From: the human T2T-CHM13v2.0 reference genome, Homo sapiens
Length of the DNA stretch: 64,000 bases
Reading direction: 5' to 3' (one strand)
Assembly (NCBI RefSeq): GCF_009914755.1
Contig: NC_060925.1
Shown here: positions 39,978 to 64,000 of the stretch, one piece after another
Numbering within the stretch: the stretch's first letter is position 1
Layout: each line of letters opens with the position of its first letter
Notes under the pieces: model-generated
Told to the model about the DNA's origin: nothing
Databases searched by the model: none
What the model saw: the letters and a program-made list of their open reading frames with translations, nothing else
Position numbers and translations under genes: made by a program

Positions 39978-40376
39978 TGAGCCACTACGCTCGGCCACGG
40001 ACATGACTATTTTTAAGACTCTTGATGCAAATTGCACACCCAAAGAGCAGGTGGTGCTTCCTACCTGTCTAAAGCAGTGCACAGCAGGACCCTCTCAGGT
40101 CCTGACATCAGTGTTGCATTTAAAATTCCTAACACCTGTCCAGGTGCGGTGGTTCATGCTTTTAATTCCAGCACTTTGGGAGGCCGAGGCAGCAGATCAC
40201 TTGAGGTCACGAGTTCGAGAGCAGTCTGGCCAACATGGTGAGAGCCCATCTCTACTAAAAATACAAAAATTAGCCAGGCGTGGACCGGGGGCAGTGGCTC
40301 ACGCCTGTAATCACAGCACTTTGGGAGGCCGAGGTGGGCGGATCACGAGGTCAGGAGATCGAGACCATCCTGGCTA

Positions 40377-40708
<332 letters not shown>

Positions 40709-41444
40709 CTACAGAGTGAGGCTCTAAATAAATAAATAAATAAATAAAATTTCTAACACAAACCACCCTGTAGATAAGTACACTCAGCATATCTTTATTG
40801 AACGCATGAAAGGAAGAAGGGTTTGTTGTGATTTTTCTTTTGAGACAGCGTCTCCTTCTGTCACCCAGGCTGGAGTACAGTGTTGCAATCATGGCTTACT
40901 GCAGCCTTGACCTCCTGGCCTCCTGGCTCAGTAGTTGGAATCACAGGCACACGCCACCACACCTAATTTTTACACATTTTTGTAGAGACGAGGTTTCACC
41001 TTGTTGCCCAGGTTGGTCTTGAACTCCTGGGCTCAAGCAATTCTCACACCTTGGCTTCCCAAAGTGCTAGGAATACAGATGTCAGCCCCATGCCAGGCCC
41101 CCTTTTGCATATCTTAACTTTAACTTTGTTTGTTTGTTTGTTTTGAGATGGAGTTTCATTCTGTCACCCAGGCTGGAGTACAGTGGTGTGATCTAGGCTC
41201 ACTGGCAACCTCTGCCTCCTGGGTTCAAGCCAGTCTCCTCTCTCAGCCTCCGAGTAGCTGGGATTACGGGTACGTGGCACCACACCTGGCTAATTTTTGT
41301 ATTCTTAGTAGAGATAGGGTTTCACCATGTTGGCCAGGCTGGTCTCAAACTCCTGACCTCAGGTGATCTACCCACCTCGGCCTTTCAAAGTGCTGGGATT
41401 ACAGGCGTGAGCCACAGCGCCCGACAAACTTCTTTATATATGCA

Positions 41445-42815
<1,371 letters not shown>

Positions 42816-42822
42816 TGCCTCA

Positions 42823-43209
<387 letters not shown>

Positions 43210-43289
43210 TCAAAAAAAAAAAAAAAAAAAGAGAACAGGCACAGGTAGAGATGATTAAATAGCAGTGAGCGCTCGGAATCTTGAGGAAG

Positions 43290-44555
<1,266 letters not shown>

Positions 44556-44765
44556 GAGGAATCTGAGAGGCGGGGCCCAGAACAGGTGGGTGGGATTCGG
44601 GAGGGAAAGTGGATTTGCTCAGGTACAGGGGTAGGGAGCGCTGTCCTGTCTTCAAGATGTCATCCCCTGCCTTGCTGGAATCTTCCCCACACTGTTCCTG
44701 ACTCAGGGGCCCAGTCCAGTCTTTTTTTTTTTTTCTTTGGGACAGAGTCTTGCTCTGTCACTTAG

Positions 44766-44903
<138 letters not shown>

Positions 44904-45042
44904 TAGAGATGGAGTTTCGCCATGTTGGCCAGGCTGGTCTCGAACTTCTGACCTTAGATGATCTGCCTGCCTTGGCCTCCCAAAGTGCTGGGATTATAGG
45001 CATGGGCCACTGCACCTGGCCCTGGCTCCCATTTCTGAGCTA

Positions 45043-45523
<481 letters not shown>

Positions 45524-45874
45524 CTAGTCTCGAACTCCTGAGCTCAAGCAATCCACCCGCCTCAGCCTCCCAAACTGATGAGACTACAGGCATCAGCCAC
45601 CATGCCTGGCTTTAAGTATTAAGTAATATCTGTAATGCACTTCTCAGGCAGCCTGCCTGGCACACAAGAACCCATTCATGTGTCCCTTTGTAAATTCCAT
45701 AACCAGCTCCTCCAACCTGTGAGAAAACTTGCCAACAGTACTCTCAAAGCAGATATGTTGGGTTTTCCTGGCATCTTGTGAGCACACTTTATTGTAAAAA
45801 AACAAAAACAGAATGCCTCTGCTATGTTACATACTGATATGACATTTCTTCTTCTTCTTTTTTTTTTTTTTTGA

Positions 45875-46096
<222 letters not shown>

Positions 46097-46192
46097 TGAT
46101 CCACCCGCCTCAGCCTCCCAAGGGCTGGGATTACAGGCATGAGCCACCATGCCCGGCCTTGTTTCTTCATTCTTTTAAATGTTGAGGCATGA

Positions 46193-46477
<285 letters not shown>

Positions 46478-46673
46478 TGACCTGCCCGCCTCAGCCTCCC
46501 ACAGTGCTGGGATCTCAGGCATAAGCCACCACGCTCTGCCATGACTCTTGAGAAATATGAGCATTCATCTAACTGTCATATGTGGAGCATGTCCAGGACC
46601 CAAGGGTGTTTCCTCCAGCTCCTTTGCTATCTCTCTTCTCCCACCCTCTTCCCCTGGGCAACCTCTGTTCTGA

Positions 46674-46938
<265 letters not shown>

Positions 46939-47034
46939 TAACTCCTGAGCTCAAGTGACCCACCCACCTTGGCCTCTCAAAATGCTGGGATTACAGGCAT
47001 GAGCCACTGTGCCTGCCCTTATTTATTTTTTTGA

Positions 47035-48554
<1,520 letters not shown>

Positions 48555-48856
48555 AGTTTTCCACGCTGTACAGATAAACCACGATTTGTTTATCCATTCT
48601 CCTGTTGATGGACATCCGGATTCTTTCCAGTTTGGGGCTCTTATGCACACAGCAGTGATGAATATTCAGGTAAAAGTCCTGTGTAGCCACATGGTATCAA
48701 TTCTCATATAAATATCTAGGAGTGAGATTGGTGAGTCTTACGGTAAGTGTGTGTATTGGAAATTGACAAACTATTTCCAAAGAGGTTGTACTATATTGCA
48801 TACTCACCAGCAAATTATGAATGTTCTATTTGCTCCTAATCCTCTACAACACTTGA

Positions 48857-49057
<201 letters not shown>

Positions 49058-49315
49058 TAAATTTTTTGTAGAGACAGAGTCTCACTGTGTTGCCTAGGCT
49101 GGTCTTGAACTCCTGGGCTCAAGCAATCCTCCGGCCTTGGCCTGCCAAAGGGCTGAGGTTACAGGTGTGAGTCATGGTGTTTTGGCAAAATGTTTTAAAT
49201 TATAACCATTCTAGTAGAAGTGATTTTGATTTTAATTTGATCATTGTGATTTAATTTGCATTTCCTTGATAACTAATGATATAGAACATCTTTTCGTGTA
49301 CTTATGGCATACTCA

Positions 49316-49459
<144 letters not shown>

Positions 49460-50017
49460 CTAGGCAACATAGTGAGACCTAGTCTCTGCAAAACATTTAA
49501 AAATTAGCCAGGCATGGTGGTGGTCGTCTGTAGTCTCAGCTACTCAAGAGGCTGAGTTCATAGGATTGTTTTAGCCCAGGAACTCAAGGCTGCAGTGACC
49601 TATGATTGCACCACTGTAGTCTAGCCTGGGCAACAGAGCAAGACCCTCATTTCTTTTTTTCTTTTTTTCGGACATGGAGTCTCACTCTGTCACATGATCA
49701 TAGCTCACTGTGGCCTTGACCTCCTGGGCTCAAGCAAACCTCCCACCACAGCCTCCCTAGAAGCTGGGATTTCAGGCATGTGCCACCACACCCAGCTAAT
49801 TTTTGTATTTTTTATAAAGATGTGACTTTGGCATGTTGCCCACACTGGTCTCAAACTCCTGGGCTCAAGCAATCCTCACCTTCCCAAAGTGCTGGGATTA
49901 TACGTGTGAGCCACTGTGCCTGGTGGAGACACTATTTTTTTAAAAAGAGAATTCGGCCAGGCATGGTGGCTCACACCTGTAATCCCAGCACTTTGGGAGG
50001 CCGAGATGGGCAGATCA

Positions 50018-50655
<638 letters not shown>

Positions 50656-50925
50656 TGAGACAGAGTCTCTCTCTGTTGCCCAGGCTGGAGTGCAGTGGCA
50701 TGATCTCCACGTCCCGGGATCAAGCAATTCTTGTGCCTCAGCACCCCCATGTAGCTGGGACTACAGGCATACATCACTACACCTGGCTAATTTTTGTATT
50801 TTCACTAGAGACGGGGGTTTCACGGGGTTGGCCAGGCTGATCTTGAACTCCTGACCTCAAGGGATCCACTGGCCTTGGCCTCCCGAAGTGCTGGGATTAC
50901 AGGCCTGAGCCACAGCACTTGGCCC

Positions 50926-51386
50926 GTTTAAGGCATTCTAAGTCACAGCATGAGATAGGAGATTGGCACAAGATACAGGTCATAAAGACCTTACTGATAA
51001 AACAGGTTTGCAGTAAAGAAGCCAGCTAAAACCCACCAAAACCAAGATGGCGATAAGAATGACCTCTGGTCGTCCTCACTGCTACACTCCCACCAGTGAC
51101 CTGACAGTTTACAAATGCCATGGCAACGACAGGCAGTTACTGTATAAAGTCTAAAAAGGAGAAACATGAATAATCCACCTCTTGTTTAGCACATAATTAA
51201 TAAATAACCATCAAAATGGGCAACCAGCAACCCTCAGGGCTGCTTTGCCTGTGGAGTACCTATTCTTTGTTCCTTTACTTTTCTAATAAATTTGCTTTCA
51301 TTTTAACTGTACGGACTCGCCCTGAATTCTTTCTTGGGAGAGATCCAGGAACTTGGGGTCTGCATCAGGACCCCTTTCCGGTAACA
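50926..51386 (+). mobile_element. MER41A-type LTR, 5' end missing
   Basis: GGCATTCTAAGTCACAG...ACCAAGATGGCG...AAATGCCATGGCAAC...CATGAATAATCCACC...GGACCCCTTTCCGGTAACA. Confidence 0.88.
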
Positions 51387-51399
51387 AGAACTTTGGTCA

Positions 51400-51718
<319 letters not shown>

Positions 51719-51993
51719 TTAGCCAACTCTGGTCATGTGTGCCTGTGGTCACTACAGTCTCTGGGATTGTAGGACACACCAACACGCCCTGTTAATTTTT
51801 TTTTTTTTTTTTTGTAGAGATGGGGTCTGGCGATGTTGCCCAGGCCAGTCTTGAACTCCTGGCCTCAACTGATCCTCCTGCTGTCATGGCCACCTGAAGT
51901 GTTGCGATTACAGATGTGAGCCACCATGTCTGCTGGCACAAATTTTATTATGTGTTAGGATCTATAACGATATCCCTTCATTCCTGATATTAG

Positions 51994-52282
<289 letters not shown>

Positions 52283-52520
52283 TAAAGTGCTGGGATTACA
52301 GGCGTGTGCCACCATGCCGGGCCTACTTTTAATTTTTTTTATTTTTGTTTTTTGAGACAGAGTGTTGCTCTGTCACCCAGGCTGTAGTGCAATGGTGCAA
52401 TTTTGCCCCACTGCAACCTCCACCTCCCAGGTTCAAGCGATTCACTAGCGTCAGTCTCTGAGTAGCTGGAATTATAGGCATGTGTCACCACGCCTGGCTA
52501 ATTCACTTTTGTATTCTTGA

Positions 52521-52760
<240 letters not shown>

Positions 52761-52809
52761 TGATAATTTTTTTCTATTTTCTTCTTTTTTCTAATTCATT
52801 GATTTCTGA

Positions 52810-53046
<237 letters not shown>

Positions 53047-53121
53047 TGAACTCCGCCCACCTCGGCCTCCCAAAGAGCTAGGATTACAGGCATGAGCCAC
53101 CGCGCCCAGCCTTATTGTTTC

Positions 53122-53345
53122 TTTTCTTCTACTTACTTTGGGTTTAATTTTCTGTTGTTCTCTTAGGTTCTTTATATAACCATCTCCAATATAACCATTC
53201 TTTGCTATTATAACCATTGCAAGCTATATATTTTCTTCTACTTACTTTGGGTTTAATTTTCTATTGTTCTCTTAGATTCTTAATATAACCATCTCCAATG
53301 TAACCATTCTTTGCTATTATAACCATTGAAAGCTATACATTTTCC
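53122..53345 (+). repeat. Tandem duplication, 2 x 109 bp, inside L1 remnant
   Basis: Units start at 53122 and 53231; about six substitutions between copies. Confidence 0.95.
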
Positions 53346-53427
53346 AGGCTGGGTGGGGCGGCTCATGCCTCTAATTCCAGCACTTTGGGAGCCTGTGGTG
53401 AGAGGATTACTTGAGTTTAAGAGTTCA

Positions 53428-53788
<361 letters not shown>

Positions 53789-54503
53789 TTAATACAGTAG
53801 CTGGACATGGTGGCACATGCCTGCAGTCCCAACTACTCAGGAGGCTGAGGTGGGAGGGCTACTGGAGCCTAGGATGTTGAGGCAGCAGAGGCCTGTGATT
53901 GTGTAATTGCAGCACTCTAGCTTGAGTGACAGAGCAAGAGAGAATCTGCGATTACAGGTGTGAGTCACTATGCCCAGCCTGTTTCACTTATACCCTGCAG
54001 AAGATGCTATCTGGAGGCCTGGCGTCATCTTCCCCCATGCATGTTCAGCCAGCCCTTAGTCAAGGACTTTTAGTGGACATTCCTCCTCTCCCCTGCCAGA
54101 CCTCGGGGCCTCCTTCTGCACAGACTCCTCCTCTCTGGCACCATGTCCCACCATTTCTAGCCATTTCCACTGCCCCAAATGCTAACTCCACCTTCTCAGC
54201 TCAGCAGGACACTAAGTTCTGCCTGGACTCCAGCTCACCGTGCAGTGATTACAAAACTGTCCCCAGGAAGAGGGTAGGGAGAGGGGCAGAGGGTGAAGTC
54301 TCACCTTGTGAGTTTCCCTCCACTCGGGGGTCATAGGCTTGTGCTGCCTGTGGTTCAGTGCCTGAAGACTGGCATTCACGGCTTTTGTCCAGTTTAATGG
54401 TTTCTTAAGATGAGAGGGCTTGTGGGGTACCAGTTACAGCATGGCTGTAAGTGAAGGTCACCCTCCTCACTAAGATGATGTTTCTTTTTTTTTTCTTTTT
54501 TGA

Positions 54504-54695
<192 letters not shown>

Positions 54696-55105
54696 TAGTC
54701 TCGAATTCCTGATCTCAGGTGATCTGCCTGCCGCTGCCTCCCAAAGTGCTGGGATTATCAGTGTGAGACACCGTGTCTGGCAACTGATGTTTCTTGAAAG
54801 TCTGTTGTAAACTTTTTTGTTTTTGAGACAAGGTCTCACTCCCTCAGGCTGGAGTGCAGTGGCACAATCTCGGCTCACTGCAACCTCTGCTTCCGCTTCC
54901 CCCGTTCAAGCGATTCTCTTGCCTCAGCCTCCTGAGTAGCTGGGACCAGAAGTAGTGATGGGGTTTCACCATGTTGGCCAGGCTGGTCTCAAACTCCTGA
55001 CCTCAAATCATCTGCCCACTTCGGCCTCCCAAAGTGCTGGGATTACAGGTGTGAGATATCACGCCCTGCTGTCTCTTGTAAATATTAAAATAATACAGAG
55101 GATCA

Positions 55106-55198
<93 letters not shown>

Positions 55199-55773
55199 TC
55201 ACGAGGTCAAGATATCGAGACCATCCTGGCCAATATGGTGAAACCCCATCTCTACTAAAAAATACAAAAACTAGCTGGGCGTGGTGGTGTGTGCCTGTAG
55301 TCCCAGCTGCTCAGTAGGCTGAGGCAGGAGAATCGCTTGAACTCAGGAGGTGGAGGTGGCAGTGAGCCAAGATTGCCCTACTGCACTCCAGCCTGGGTGA
55401 CAGAGTGAGACTCCGTCTCAAAAAAAAAAAAAAAAATTACAGAAAAGGAGGTTGAGGGAGAAGAAAGGTTGTCCATTGACGCTTCACTTTGTAAATTATT
55501 TTTTCCATTTATAGCAGCACTTTCTAGGAGCCTTCAAACCTAAGTGTTGTATTTCACCACAAGGGGCTCTAGTGAGCTGAAGCTGATAAAAGATCCTGAA
55601 GTTGGAATGGCCAGGATCTCAGCAGATACTAATGGAAGTTTTTCTGATCAATGAACAACAGGACCAACTGTGTTCAGACCTGTGGACCCATTCGTTCCTC
55701 TCCCGGGCACTGGTTTTCCAGGCCTCATTCGCAGAGTGCAACTGACTCCCTTTTCAGCCTTGAAACCCGCTGA

Positions 55774-56540
<767 letters not shown>

Positions 56541-56750
56541 TAGCTGGGACTATAGGCGCGTACCACCACGCCCGGCTAATTTCTGTATTTTTTAGTAGAG
56601 ATGGGGTTTCACCATATTGGCCAGGCTGGTCTTGAACTCCTGACCTTGTGATCCGCCTGCCTCGGACTCCCAAAATGCTGGGATTACAGGCGTGAGCCAC
56701 TGCACCCGGCGAAAAACCCACTTTATTTATTTTATTTATTTATTTTTTGA

Positions 56751-56909
<159 letters not shown>

Positions 56910-56965
56910 TAGTAGAGATGGGGTTTCTTCATGTTGGTCAGGCTGGTCTCGAACTCCTGATCTCA

Positions 56966-57055
<90 letters not shown>

Positions 57056-57281
57056 TCAGACTGTGTATTCAGAGCAGCCTGAAATCTATGCTCCTGGGTG
57101 GCCATCCTGAAGCTCTGAGTTGGAATAAACTCTGTACTTAATCACAGTTTCCGAATTTTGTTATATATGGTTGACAGCACTATTTTTTTTTTTCTTTTTT
57201 GAGATGGAGTCTCGATCTGTCGTCCAGGCTAGAGTGCAATGAGACTATCTTCCTCACTGCAACCTCCGCCTCCCGGGTTCA

Positions 57282-57617
<336 letters not shown>

Positions 57618-57691
57618 TCAAGTCTATTACAGTGGTGGAGAGAGATTGAACTCAACTATGAATACAGCACAGACAGCTGGGGATTTATAGC

Positions 57692-59547
<1,856 letters not shown>

Positions 59548-59579
59548 TAGCCAAGGGGCAGAGTGAGGGAGGTGAATAA

Positions 59580-60011
<432 letters not shown>

Positions 60012-60025
60012 TAGGGAAAGGGTGG

Positions 60026-61288
<1,263 letters not shown>

Positions 61289-61455
61289 GGTGGCCCCATT
61301 TGTAAATTATTTTGATGGGAGGGGGCTGGGACCTGGAGGCGGGAGGAGGGGCAGGTGAGGGGCAAAATGAAAAGGAAAGCTCTTTTTCAGAGTTAGGGCA
61401 AATGTCTCAGAATTAATTGAACCTTGTTTTCCTTTTTTTTTTTTTTTTGAGATGA

Positions 61456-61715
<260 letters not shown>

Positions 61716-62094
61716 TGAGTAGTTAGGACTACAGGCGAGTGCCACCACTCCCAGCTAATTTTTGTATTTTTAGTAGAGATGGGGTTTCACCATATTGTCC
61801 AGGATTGTCTCCATCTCTTGACCTCAAGATCTGCTCGCCTCGCCTCCCAAAGTGTTGGGATTACAGGCGTGAGCCACTGCACGCAGCCTAATTCTTTTTT
61901 TGTAGAGACAGAGTTTCACCATATTGCCCAGTCTGATCTTGAACTCCTGAACTCAAGCAATCCTGTCTTGGCCTCCCAAAGTGCTAGGATTACAGGCATG
62001 AGCCACTGTGCCCAGTTGACCTTATTTTCCATAGGCACATGCTCCAGCATGACGTTTTCCAAAAGCCACTTGCTGGAAGTACAGATATTCCTCT

Positions 62095-63894
<1,800 letters not shown>

Positions 63895-64000
63895 GGCCGG
63901 GCGTGGTGGCTCATGTCTGTAATCCCAGCACTTTGGGAGGCCAGGGCAGGCAGATCACAAGGCCAAGAGATCGAGACCATCCTGGCCAACATGGTGAAGC

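Overview
Primate (most likely human) genomic DNA containing the 5' half of RCC2 (Regulator of Chromosome Condensation 2 / TD-60) on the minus strand. It has a non-coding first exon near 17.6-17.7 kb inside a large CpG island, then five coding exons (16258-16542, 7057-7150, 3492-3635, 653-784, 151-239) that splice in frame with GT-AG boundaries to give codons 1-248; the gene continues off the left edge. The ~46 kb upstream (18-64 kb) shows no recognisable protein-coding gene and is extremely Alu-dense. It also holds nested LTRs (THE1, MLT1, MER4D, MER31, MER41A, MER67-like), a fragmented old L1, L2/MIR, hAT-type DNA transposons, a short L1PA 3' end and a U13 snoRNA retrocopy. Nearly all ORFs in the supplied track are Alu or GC-rich artefacts. 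The most notable unexplained structures are: (i) an 81-nt single-register pre-miRNA-like hairpin in intron 2; (ii) a multi-step template-switch scar in intron 2 with an inverted copy of a neighbouring Alu, plus a second templated insertion upstream; (iii) a unique upstream block with three inverted pairs of TF-like motifs, including two perfect ATF4/C-EBP elements; (iv) an AG|GT dual-specificity splice site in exon 1; (v) a possible convergent CTCF pair. Repeat subfamily names are from recalled consensus sequences and need RepeatMasker/Dfam confirmation. Functional statements are hypotheses.
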